Positions 24,112 to 36,553 of a stretch of 64,000 bases of DNA are shown here, in pieces. Each line of letters starts with the position of its first letter. Positions within the stretch are counted from its first letter, which is position 1. Both the position numbers and the translations under genes were made by a program. The stretch comes from Monocercomonoides exilis PA203 (Eukaryota; Protista; Preaxostyla). The DNA is taken from NCBI GenBank assembly GCA_001643675.2, contig LSRY02000008.1, positions 1,798,001 to 1,862,000 of the forward strand, read 5' to 3'. The notes below the pieces were generated by a model. It ran no database searches. It saw only the letters and a program-made list of their open reading frames with translations, and had not been told where the DNA came from.

Positions 24112-25310
24112 TAATCACATTTGGTTTTGATATGTGTTCAATTTTCAAAGAAAAATCGATTTTTTGATCCAAAATTTTTAAAAATTCGAATTTTCAGAAA
24201 TGCGATAAAAAAATAAGTCTGAATAACATAATAAAAAAATTATTTTTAATGCAATAAAACGAGTTATTGTGAAGAATTTCCTTAAATGAAAAAATAAACC
24301 CAATTTTTTTTTAATTAATAATATATTTACTATTTTTTTCTGTGTTAAGTCACATCGCAAATAATCACAATTGGAAAGTCACAAAAAGTTGAGCAAAAGC
24401 CGACGTGATAATATCTGATTTTGACCGTCAAATATTTTCATCGCTTTCTGACACTCATCCAAAAGCAATTTTTCACAAAAAATTTTTTGTTCAAAAATAC
24501 TCAAATGATAATTTTCGAATAATAAGTTTTTCAATTTTGAATAATAAATGATGAAACCAGTTTTGAGTGTTTTTGAATAAATGAAAATTATAGAAACATA
24601 GTCAGAACATGCGCATGATTCTTTTAGATGATGATGTGTGTAAACATGATGAATCATTGAAAACAAAAAGTCGTTAAAATGATTTTCCTGATTTTCATTC
24701 AATAAAACATATTTGGCTTTTCAAAATTCATTCCAACAATTTTTTTGTTCTGTTGATAAAACATGAGTTTTCCATCAAATATCTTTTTTTTTTAAAGAAA
24801 GACTCTTATTCTTTCCACTTGATTTATTTTTATTATAATTTTTATTTATTATTATTTTTTTGAGAGAATCTTTTTGGAAGAGATTTTATGGATGAGGCGG
24901 CGGTTAGTGTAGCGATTGAGGTGGAGAAAGATGGAGAGGGCGAGTGAAGGAAGAGACAGAGAGATGGCGGACGTGAGAGATGGAAAGAGAAGGAGAAAGA
25001 AGAAGTAGATAGAAGAGTTTGAGGGAAACAAGAACCCAACTGCGAGATATGATCAGCAAGAGATAGAGAAACGAATGAGAAGAGAATTCCGATTGGACAA
25101 ATGTTTTGTGTGACATTGTGGTGAAAATGGTGATGGATTTCAGCAAAGGTTATATCATTGAAATTGCTTCCTTCTTCTTCCTTCTTCTTCCCTCTTCATT
25201 TTTTCTATTGAATAATTTGCTTCACAAAATAAGCACAAAAAATTCTCTTTCACAGCCGTCTTCTGCTGCTTCACTGAACATTCCGTCTTTCTTCATGAAT
25301 AACTAATACC

Positions 25311-25412
25311 ATCGTCGTCGTCGTCGTCGTCGTCATCATCATCATCATCATCATTATCATCATCATCTTCTTCTTCTTCTTCTTCTTCTTCTTCTTCTTC
25401 TTCTTCTTCTTC
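25311..25412. repeat. Compound trinucleotide microsatellite (TCG)n(TCA)n(TCT)n; mirror at ~39156-39254
   Basis: Seen directly; block lengths differ between the two arms. Confidence 0.9.
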
Positions 25413-26156
25413 AGCTTATATTGCGTACTTGGCATATCTCAATGCCCCCCAGCTGCAAATTTATCAAGCAATGCGAAGGGAAAAAATGATGATAATTCTG
25501 CGGTTCCTTATTAGGAACAGGAAAACATAGAAATGAAGTTTTTGTTTGTTTAATCCCCACCGGAAAATCACGTTCATGCCTTCACAACTACTGTTGACAT
25601 TCAAGCAAATTAATTCTTCTTCTTCTTCCTCTTCTTCTTCTTTTACAGCAAGCACAAAATGTTTCATTATCCAAAGGAATTCAATGAGCTAAATTTCAAA
25701 GCAAAGGAAATGAAAGAGTATTTTTGTTTGATAATGCTTTGTGAGGAGAAGGCGGGAAAAATGAGGCACATTGATGATTTTCGATGGGCTGAGGAAGAGA
25801 TTGCAGGATTTTGAATTTGGAGAAGGGAAACAGAAATGGAACAAAGATGAAGATTGGAGGGAGAGCAATGAGAAGAAGGGATAAGAGAAAGGGGGAATAA
25901 TGAGGAAGTGGGAAAGGAAGAAAGAGAAGGGAAATTAATGAGAAAGATTCAAAAATATTGGAAAGTTCAAAGAAGACTGTGGCGATACGCTTTGAGGTTG
26001 CAATCAAAAGGATGATCTTTGGAGAAGCGAATTGGAACAAGGAATTATCTCAGCCTTTTTGATTTTTGTCAGATATGACGAAAGAGATGGAGGCGAGGGA
26101 TATAAAGATGCCTCGGCAAAAAAAGGCGAGATTGAAGGATAACAAAGGAATAACTA

Positions 26157-26213
<57 letters not shown>

Positions 26214-26802
26214 ATTTTATTTTATTTTATTTTATTTTATTTTTTGTGTGTGTGTGTATGCATGCGCGTGCGTGCGCAAGTAATTTTTTATTGTTATTTC
26301 CTTTTCGGTTGTGCTTAGCAAAAACGTTTTTATGGCTGCCTTCCAAAAATGACGAGGGAACATACACTTTGGAAGATTGACAGAAGATGGAAACTGAATG
26401 GCCATCAACAGCACAGCTGGATCGATAACTCTATGGGAGAATTTTTGTTATGCATTTTTGAAGAGAAAAGGAGCTTTTATTCATTTTCTACGAGATTTCT
26501 TTTATTAACAGTCGAAAAGGAAGGAAAAGGGATATAGGCTAATTATGATATTTGTAAAATTGCACAAAAAGTCGAGGCAGGCTATTGGGAAGGAAATAGG
26601 GAAATAGGGCCAATGAGCAAAGGAAAAAGAATCATTTCTGAAAGTTAATAACACGCATCCTCTTTTTGCGTGTCTTCTGCCCCATTCCTCTCAGGTCCCT
26701 AAATTTCCCTTATGTGCCTTCCCAAGCTTCCTTTTTTCCACATTTCTGCAAAATCAACAACATCAACAATTTTAATCAATTTCTTGTGAAACCTCTTATC
26801 TG

Positions 26803-28014
26803 ATGAGCAGTTGTTCATTTTCGTCTGTTTGTGATGTGTTTGATGGAGGAATTGTTCCATCCCTCAACAACCCCTTGGCTTCCTTAATTGTTTCAAACAC
26901 TTCATTCATTGGGTGTTGCAGAACAAGAAATGTTGAATGCACTGGAACTACAGATGGAAAGTTGACTCCAGACAGACAGAACGAAACATTCAATGGAGCT
27001 AATTCATTCACTTGGTGTGAATGGAGTGGATCAAATACAACAGGAATAAATAATGATTATGCAGATGTGGCTTCAAATGGAGGGGCCATCTGTATGTATG
27101 GTCAATCAAACGCCTCTGTCTCAATTAAATACTGTTCTTTCAACGACTGTTATGCTTATTGGGATGGAGGAGGAGTCATGTGTGCAAACATAAAATCGGT
27201 TGAAATTGAAAGCAACTATTTCAATTCATGTTCAGCTCAAGTGAATGTTGGGGGAGCCATGTGCGTTGTGACAATTTCATCGTGTGTTCGGATTAGCGAG
27301 TGTGAATTCCAGAATTGTAAAGCGGCTTATAATGGAGGAGGGCTTTTTCTTAGCAGTTTTAATGTTTCAGGAACAGGCTGCATCGAGGAAGAAAATGGGG
27401 AAGGGGAGAGTGCGTGTGTGTATGACTGCAGTTTTTCTTCATGCTCACTTACAAGCACAAGTGGCGGAGGTATGTTTTGTCAATATGTTCCTGCTGCATT
27501 TAAAATGAGGAGCATTCAGTTTATATCATGTAATGCATCGGCATATGGAGGAGGATTTTGGTTTCATCCTGCTCAATCAACAGCGCCAAGTGATGGATTT
27601 TATTGTTATTTTTTGTTCTTCCATGAATGCAAATGCAGAACAACCTCCACTCCATATGGGCATGATGTGATGTATTATGATCGCTATGAACTTTTTAACT
27701 CTTCAGGGAATCCATTTCATGAATGTTACACAACTAATACAGATGGCAGGAGAGTATGTTACGGATATAATAATACGGGAAGTAGCTGGCTATTTAAACA
27801 CACAGAAAAGAAGGATTGGTTGAAAGATAAAACGTTATATGTTTCTGTGAATGGAAATGATGAATATGAGCTGTGTGGGGCAAATGAAGCATTTCCTTGT
27901 CTGACAGTGAAGAAGGCACTTGAGATGTGTGAGGTTCAGATTAGCTTGACAATAACGCTGATGGACGGGAATCATCAAAGTGAGACAACAACTATTGAGA
28001 TTGGGACAAGATGA
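26803..28014 (+). CDS. Cassette F
   Basis: 403 aa ORF. Upstream homology (SSFCVSSAPFL, from ~26655) is out of frame and contains a stop; downstream homology (ISIIGKGRE) continues after a frameshift. Confidence 0.8.
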   Translation: MSSCSFSSVCDVFDGGIVPSLNNPLASLIVSNTSFIGCCRTRNVECTGTTDGKLTPDRQNETFNGANSFTWCEWSGSNTTGINNDYADVASNGGAICMYGQSNASVSIKYCSFNDCYAYWDGGGVMCANIKSVEIESNYFNSCSAQVNVGGAMCVVTISSCVRISECEFQNCKAAYNGGGLFLSSFNVSGTGCIEEENGEGESACVYDCSFSSCSLTSTSGGGMFCQYVPAAFKMRSIQFISCNASAYGGGFWFHPAQSTAPSDGFYCYFLFFHECKCRTTSTPYGHDVMYYDRYELFNSSGNPFHECYTTNTDGRRVCYGYNNTGSSWLFKHTEKKDWLKDKTLYVSVNGNDEYELCGANEAFPCLTVKKALEMCEVQISLTITLMDGNHQSETTTIEIGTR

Positions 28015-29348
28015 TTTCGATCATTGGGAAGGGAAGGGAAATAAATGTGATTAGCACAGAAGTTAATATGAAATGTTCATCTTTCTTAATTTTCCTTATC
28101 TTTTTTTTATTATTATTAATCTTTTTTTCTATTCCCTCATCTTCTTCCTCTTCTTTCTCATTTTCATCTTTTTGCATATCAAATTCTTTTTATTCTACCA
28201 TCTCTTCTCCCTCTTCCTCTTCTCCCTCTTCCTCGTTACTATCTTTTTTGTCTCTCTTTTTAGAATGTGATTGTCAAAATTATTTAATAGGAAACGGAAC
28301 ATGAGATTGAGTATTGCCATATGTTTATTTTGGAGCAGAATGGAAGGGAAGACGGGGAAGATGGGTGCATTGGGAGAACGGGGAAGCATTTGGAGAGAAG
28401 AAGTGAAAGAAAAAGTCAGCAAAGAGGAAACATAAAAAACATGCATTAATTTATTGTTTATAAATAATATTCCAATTTTTCATCTTTTATCAATTTTTGT
28501 TTCTTTAAGGTTATTGTGTAAGAAATGTTGAATGGCTATGAATGAACATGGAATGTGGAAAGAGAGGTTATTTGATGCATATAAAGATCAGGAGATAATA
28601 ACTGCAAGGCGCATAGAAGAATGAGCGAGAGGAAATAAATGAAAGGAAAGGAAAAGATAATTTTTTTTTGAAGGCATTGGAAGGCATTTACGACGAATCT
28701 TGTTAAAAGCAAAAAGATGTAACAGAAGCTGATGATAAAACAGAAGAAAATATTTGGTTAAAAGTTGAGAAGAAGAAGAAGAAGGGATTGGTGAATCAGA
28801 AGATTGCGAAAGGAAAATGGTACAGGCTTTTTCATATTTTATGAAATATTTTTTGATAATTTTCTTCAATGTTTTATTTCATGTTTAACATTTTGTTGTT
28901 TGATTATTTAATCAAATTATTTCATATTCTCCATTAAGTTTATATCAAAATAGTTCTTAAGCTTATTCTCTATGCGAATGTACTTATGGAATATGGAAAG
29001 AAAGCAGAAGATGGAAACAGGAAAAAAAGAGATAATGTGGAAGAGGGATAACGAGGGATGTTGGAATACTGTTTCGATTGGGCGATGTTGAAGAGAAAAG
29101 TTTTCTAATTTTCACAAAATATTTATCAGAAGTATCAAAAGAGAAATAGGAAGAGGACTTCAAGCCCATTGAAGTCTTGGCGAATATTTCATTGAAACAC
29201 ATGGCAGATTTATGCAAATGAGTGAAGGAAAAAGGAGTATTTCGGTGAGAGAGTCGCACTTCTCATCTACTTCCTCATTCTTCTCATTACCCTCACACCC
29301 CTAATTTTCTTCTCTCACCTGACATTTTTCAACACATCAACAGCAAAT

Positions 29349-30781
29349 GTGGCATGTTCACCTGCAACCACAATGTCAACCCAAGTATCATGTTTTATGG
29401 TCAGCTGCTCATTTTCGTCTGTTTGTGATGTGTATGATGGCGGAATTGTCCCTTCTCTGAACAACCCCTATGCCTCTCTGATAGCCTCAAACACCTCATT
29501 CATTGGATGCTGCCGGACAAGGAATGTTGTTTGTGAAGGAACTGCAGATAATAAGAAACAACTGGGAAGACAGAATGAAACAGAAAATGGAGCGAATACA
29601 TTTGTTTGGTGTGAATGGAATGGATCGAGGACAACAGGAGAAAGTGAGTCTGTTACAGATGGAGTATCAAGCGGAGGAGCAATTTGCATGTTCAGTCAGT
29701 CATCCGCCTCTGTTTCCGTTTCTCACTGCACTTTCAACGACTGCTATGCGTATTATGATGGAGGAGCTATCATGTGCTATAATATAAAATCTGTGAAAAT
29801 TGAAAACAACTATTTCAATTCATGTTCAGCTCAAGTGAATGTTGGGGGAGCCATGTGCATCGTCACGATTTCATCGTGTGTTCGGATCAGCGGATGTGAA
29901 TTTCAGAATTGTAAAGCAAATAGTCAAGGGGGAGGGTTTTATCTTGATCGTTTTCAGGTTTCAGAAACAGGATGTATTGAAGCAGAAAATGGAGAAGGGG
30001 AGAGTGCGTGTGTGTTTGACTGCAGTTTTTCTTCATGCTCAGTTGCAAATAATTATGGCGGAGGCATGTATTGCACTAACATTCCTGTTGCATTCAAGAT
30101 CAAGAATATTAGATTTCTTTTTGCTATGCTGTTTCATATGGCGGAGGGTTGCGATTATATACAGATAAAGCAACGATGCCTAAAGCTTTGCATTATTGTT
30201 ATTTCCTTTTCTTCCATGAATGCAAATGTTCAGCCAATCCACCATATGGGCATGACGTTGCATATGCAGATTATAACAGTCTTTATCTGGATTCAGGGAA
30301 TCCGTTCAAAGAATGCTACACCACAAACACAGAGGAGAAGAGAGTGTGCTATGCCTACAATTATACTGGGAACAGCTGGTCCTTTCAACACACCGAAAAA
30401 AAGGATTGGCTGAAAGACAAGACGATTTATGTGTCAGTGAATGGGAATGACAATTTAGAGTCATGTGGAGTAAATGAAGCAAATCCGTGCAAAACGGTGA
30501 AGAAGGCGTTTGAGATGTGTGAAATACAGATAAGCTTGTCAGTCACGCTGATGGAAGGAAATCACGTAAGCAAGACAGCAACAATTGAGATTGGAGAAAA
30601 GAAGATCTCAGTCATTGGGAAGGGAAGGGAAGCAAGTTCGATTGGAACAGGAACGCTTTCATTTCCATCCGCAGCTAAATCGCTGTTCAGCGTGTCAACA
30701 GGTCGTCTGGGAATGCATAAGTTGAAGATTGATTGTAACTCACATACAAGTCCTCTTTCACACATTCTTGAACTCTGTTAA
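29349..30781 (+). pseudogene. Cassette G (1-nt frameshift at T-run 30118-30122)
   Basis: Two ORFs (29349-30413 and 30149-30781) together equal the intact mirror copy G'; T5 here versus T6 in G'. Confidence 0.8.
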
Positions 30782-31586
30782 TGAGGTGTGCTTTAGAGAT
30801 GCTTGTGAAAAAGCAGGAAATATCTATAAGTTTTTGCCTAAGCTATCTTTTCACATAGAATTGCTTTCAAAAATGTTGTGAGTACAAAGGCATTTATTGT
30901 TCATTAAAAACTATCTTGTAATAGTTTTTTAATGAACAATGGATTTTTTTTCACATTAAAATCAATCTTTACAATTAATAATAGAGCAACATTTTTAAAG
31001 ACTTTGTACACTATTTTTGAATTACGTACACAAAAAATAATTCGGTTTCGAAATAGTGATTAAAAGGGCATAAAGCTACTTTAAGGGTAACTGAAAAATT
31101 AAAAACAAGCTTTATGAAAAGGCTAAATGTTTTCGAGTGAACTTTCATCAACACTCTTTGGTGTTGGCTATACGTTTTATTTATCATTTTTCTTTTTTAG
31201 GGTTTTCGTTCTCAAAAACAACTGTCCCCTAATTGAAATTTTTAAATAATTTTTTTTTTGATAAATTCATTAAATAACAATAAAAAGACATTTTCAGGTT
31301 TTTAAATTTGAATATTATTGCTATTTGCAATTGTTTGGGTTGAAAATAACTCAATTTAAGTATTTTAATGAAGTTTGAAAAAAGCCTCGTAAAACTTGAG
31401 ATTTGAATAAAAAATCACTCAGTCATTTTTTGCTTTGATCAATTGGTTATTATTTCCCTAATGTATTAATAATATCTTTACATTGTATTTTTTTAGCTAT
31501 TTATTCATGGATTTAACGAAAAAATCTGGTACCCTTAAAGGAGCATCTTTCCATTAAAAGTCGAATCTAATATTTTTTAAACAAAT

Positions 31587-31846
31587 ATTGGGGATTATTT
31601 TTGAAATCATATTTTTTTCGGAGTATGGATGATAAAATGTATTTTTTATCACTGACATGGATAATTCATGTTAAAATGTTCTATCAATTGCAATAATCAC
31701 AAAAATGTGTGTTTTTAATGAATGAAATGAAACGAACTCTTTTAATGGTGCGATTCTTTTATGGGTTAATCTTCCAGTTTTAATAAATAAGTTTTCAAAA
31801 CAATTTTTGTGACAAAAATTTTTGACTTCAATTATAATCACTCATA
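31587..31846. mobile_element. ~260 bp MITE, degenerate (mirror 32722-32981)
   Basis: ATTGGGGATTATTTTTGAAATCATA ... TTGACTTCAATTATAATCACTCATA. Confidence 0.65.
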
Positions 31847-33785
31847 TCTTAAATATATTTTAAAATAATGCATTTAAATATTATTTAAAAATGATAGAAT
31901 GAAAGGAATCATGGGCAAAAATCAAATGTTGATGATATTCAAAAAATTGAATTCGAAGGTTGCATCGAGAAGAATATCTGTACCTGTGATGCTTGCAACA
32001 GAATTGACGTTTCATCGTTTGAGAATAATTTTTAAATGAAAAATTTTCTCATTTTTCAATTGTGTTTTTCTTTTTGAGAAAATAGCACACATATTCCAAC
32101 AGTTTGGATCCGTTTTTTCTTTCTCAAGTCAATGCTTTCGATATATCTAATTAACATGTGTAATTCTTTTTGAAAAGTTTATTATGTTTCACTTTCACTT
32201 TAAATGAAATAAAGTATTTTTAATGAAATTTTGACTGTCTACCTGTTTAATATGATTGGAATGATAATCATGTCATATCTGAAAATATTCGTTGAAATAA
32301 ATCGTGTGAAAGAAAATTTTAACATCCAGGTAGAAACAACATAAGGATAATATATGAATTTCATTTAAAGTGAAAGTGAAACATTTTAAACTTTTCAAAA
32401 AGAATTACACATGTTAATTAGATATATCGAAAGCATTGACTTGAGAAAGAAAAAACGGATCCAAACTGTTGGAATATGTGTGCTATTTTCTCAAAAAGAA
32501 AAACACAATTGAAAAATGAGAAAATTTTTCATTTAAAAATTATTCTCAAACGATGAAACGTCAATTCTGTTGCAAGCATCACAGGTACAGATATTCTTCT
32601 CGATGCAACCTTCGAATTCAATTTTTTGAATATCATCAACATTTGATTTTTGCCCATGATTCCTTTCATTCTATCATTTTTAAATAATATTTAAATGCAT
32701 TATTTTAAAATATATTTAAGATATGAGTGATTATAATTGAAGTCAAAAATTTTTGTCACAAAAATTGTTTTGAAAACTTATTTATTAAAACTGGAAGATT
32801 AACCCATAAAAGAATCGCACCATTAAAAGAGTTCGTTTCATTTCATTCATTAAAAACACACATTTTTGTGATTATTGCAATTGATAGAACATTTTAACAT
32901 GAATTATCCATGTCAGTGATAAAAAATACATTTTATCATCCATACTCCGAAAAAAATATGATTTCAAAAATAATCCCCAATATTTGTTTAAAAAATATTA
33001 GATTCGACTTTTAATGGAAAGATGCTCCTTTAAGGGTACCAGATTTTTTCGTTAAATCCATGAATAAATAGCTAAAAAAATACAATGTAAAGATATTATT
33101 AATACATTAGGGAAATAATAACCAATTGATCAAAGCAAAAAATGACTGAGTGATTTTTTATTCAAATCTCAAGTTTTACGAGGCTTTTTTCAAACTTCAT
33201 TAAAATACTTAAATTGAGTTATTTTCAACCCAAACAATTGCAAATAGCAATAATATTCAAATTTAAAAACCTGAAAATGTCTTTTTATTGTTATTTAATG
33301 AATTTATCAAAAAAAAAATTATTTAAAAATTTCAATTAGGGGACAGTTGTTTTTGAGAACGAAAACCCTAAAAAAGAAAAATGATAAATAAAACGTATAG
33401 CCAACACCAAAGAGTGTTGATGAAAGTTCACTCGAAAACATTTAGCCTTTTCATAAAGCTTGTTTTTAATTTTTCAGTTACCCTTAAAGTAGCTTTATGC
33501 CCTTTTAATCACTATTTCGAAACCGAATTATTTTTGTGTACGTAATTCAAAAATAGTGTACAAAGTCTTTAAAAATGTTGCTCTATTATTAATTGTAAAG
33601 ATTGATTTTAATGTGAAAAAAAATCCATTGTTCATTAAAAAACTATTACAAGATAGTTTTTAATGAACAATAAATGCCTTTGTACTCACAACATTTTTGA
33701 AAGCAATTCTATGTGAAAAGATAGCTTAGGCAAAAACTTATAGATATTTCCTGCTTTTTCACAAGCATCTCTAAAGCACACCTCA

Positions 33786-35219
33786 TTAACAGAGTTCAAG
33801 AATGTGTGAAAGAGGACTTGTATGTGAGTTACAATCAATCTTCAACTTATGCATTCCCAGACGACCTGTTGACACGCTGAACAGCGATTTAGCTGCGGAT
33901 GGAAATGAAAGCGTTCCTGTTCCAATCGAACTTGCTTCCCTTCCCTTCCCAATGACTGAGATCTTCTTTTCTCCAATCTCAATTGTTGCTGTCTTGCTTA
34001 CGTGATTTCCTTCCATCAGCGTGACTGACAAGCTTATCTGTATTTCACACATCTCAAACGCCTTCTTCACCGTTTTGCACGGATTTGCTTCATTTACTCC
34101 ACATGACTCTAAATTGTCATTCCCATTCACTGACACATAAATCGTCTTGTCTTTCAGCCAATCCTTTTTTTCGGTGTGTTGAAAGGACCAGCTGTTCCCA
34201 GTATAATTGTAGGCATAGCACACTCTCTTCTCCTCTGTGTTTGTGGTGTAGCATTCTTTGAACGGATTCCCTGAATCCAGATAAAGACTGTTATAATCTG
34301 CATATGCAACGTCATGCCCATATGGTGGATTGGCTGAACATTTGCATTCATGGAAGAAAAGGAAATAACAATAATGCAAAGCTTTAGGCATCGTTGCTTT
34401 ATCTGTATATAATCGCAACCCTCCGCCATATGAAACAGCATAGCAAAAAAGAAATCTAATATTCTTGATCTTGAATGCAACAGGAATGTTAGTGCAATAC
34501 ATGCCTCCGCCATAATTATTTGCAACTGAGCATGAAGAAAAACTGCAGTCAAACACACACGCACTCTCCCCTTCTCCATTTTCTGCTTCAATACATCCTG
34601 TTTCTGAAACCTGAAAACGATCAAGATAAAACCCTCCCCCTTGACTATTTGCTTTACAATTCTGAAATTCACATCCGCTGATCCGAACACACGATGAAAT
34701 CGTGACGATGCACATGGCTCCCCCAACATTCACTTGAGCTGAACATGAATTGAAATAGTTGTTTTCAATTTTCACAGATTTTATATTATAGCACATGATA
34801 GCTCCTCCATCATAATACGCATAGCAGTCGTTGAAAGTGCAGTGAGAAACGGAAACAGAGGCGGATGACTGACTGAACATGCAAATTGCTCCTCCGCTTG
34901 ATACTCCATCTGTAACAGACTCACTTTCTCCTGTTGTCCTCGATCCATTCCATTCACACCAAACAAATGTATTCGCTCCATTTTCTGTTTCATTCTGTCT
35001 TCCCAGTTGTTTCTTATTATCTGCAGTTCCTTCACAAACAACATTCCTTGTCCGGCAGCATCCAATGAATGAGGTGTTTGAGGCTATCAGAGAGGCATAG
35101 GGGTTGTTCAGAGAAGGGACAATTCCGCCATCATACACATCACAAACAGACGAAAATGAGCAGCTGACCATAAAACATGATACTTGGGTTGACATTGTGG
35201 TTGCAGGTGAACATGCCAC
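33786..35219 (-). CDS. Cassette G' (intact mirror of G)
   Basis: 477 aa ORF with the family framework. Confidence 0.8.
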   Translation of the reverse strand: MACSPATTMSTQVSCFMVSCSFSSVCDVYDGGIVPSLNNPYASLIASNTSFIGCCRTRNVVCEGTADNKKQLGRQNETENGANTFVWCEWNGSRTTGESESVTDGVSSGGAICMFSQSSASVSVSHCTFNDCYAYYDGGAIMCYNIKSVKIENNYFNSCSAQVNVGGAMCIVTISSCVRISGCEFQNCKANSQGGGFYLDRFQVSETGCIEAENGEGESACVFDCSFSSCSVANNYGGGMYCTNIPVAFKIKNIRFLFCYAVSYGGGLRLYTDKATMPKALHYCYFLFFHECKCSANPPYGHDVAYADYNSLYLDSGNPFKECYTTNTEEKRVCYAYNYTGNSWSFQHTEKKDWLKDKTIYVSVNGNDNLESCGVNEANPCKTVKKAFEMCEIQISLSVTLMEGNHVSKTATIEIGEKKISVIGKGREASSIGTGTLSFPSAAKSLFSVSTGRLGMHKLKIDCNSHTSPLSHILELC

Positions 35220-36553
35220 ATTTGCTGTTGATGTGTTGAAAAATGTCAGGTGAGAGAAGAAAATTAGGGGTGTGAGGGTAATGAGAAGAATGAGGAAGTA
35301 GATGAGAAGTGCGACTCTCTCACCGAAATACTCCTTTTTCCTTCACTCATTTGCATAAATCTGCCATGTGTTTCAATGAAATATTCGCCAAGACTTCAAT
35401 GGGCTTGAAGTCCTCTTCCTATTTCTCTTTTGATACTTCTGATAAATATTTTGTGAAAATTAGAAAACTTTTCTCTTCAACATCGCCCAATCGAAACAGT
35501 ATTCCAACATCCCTCGTTATCCCTCTTCCACATTATCTCTTTTTTTCCTGTTTCCATCTTCTGCTTTCTTTCCATATTCCATAAGTACATTCGCATAGAG
35601 AATAAGCTTAAGAACTATTTTGATATAAACTTAATGGAGAATATGAAATAATTTGATTAAATAATCAAACAACAAAATGTTAAACATGAAATAAAACATT
35701 GAAGAAAATTATCAAAAAATATTTCATAAAATATGAAAAAGCCTGTACCATTTTCCTTTCGCAATCTTCTGATTCACCAATCCCTTCTTCTTCTTCTTCT
35801 CAACTTTTAACCAAATATTTTCTTCTGTTTTATCATCAGCTTCTGTTACATCTTTTGCTTTTAACAAGATTCGTCGTAAATGCCTTCCAATGCCTTCAAA
35901 AAAAAATTATCTTTTCCTTTCCTTTCATTTATTTCCTCTCGCTCATTCTTCTATGCGCCTTGCAGTTATTATCTCCTGATCTTTATATGCATCAAATAAC
36001 CTCTCTTTCCACATTCCATGTTCATTCATAGCCATTCAACATTTCTTACACAATAACCTTAAAGAAACAAAAATTGATAAAAGATGAAAAATTGGAATAT
36101 TATTTATAAACAATAAATTAATGCATGTTTTTTATGTTTCCTCTTTGCTGACTTTTTCTTTCACTTCTTCTCTCCAAATGCTTCCCCGTTCTCCCAATGC
36201 ACCCATCTTCCCCGTCTTCCCTTCCATTCTGCTCCAAAATAAACATATGGCAATACTCAATCTCATGTTCCGTTTCCTATTAAATAATTTTGACAATCAC
36301 ATTCTAAAAAGAGAGACAAAAAAAGATAGTAACGAGGAAGAGGGAGAAGAGGAAGAGGGAGAAGAGATGGTAGAATAAAAAGAATTTGATATGCAAAAAG
36401 ATGAAAATGAGAAAGAAGAGGAAGAAGATGAGGGAATAGAAAAAAAGATTAATAATAATAAAAAAAAGATAAGGAAAATTAAGAAAGATGAACATTTCAT
36501 ATTAACTTCTGTGCTAATCACATTTATTTCCCTTCCCTTCCCAATGATCGAAA

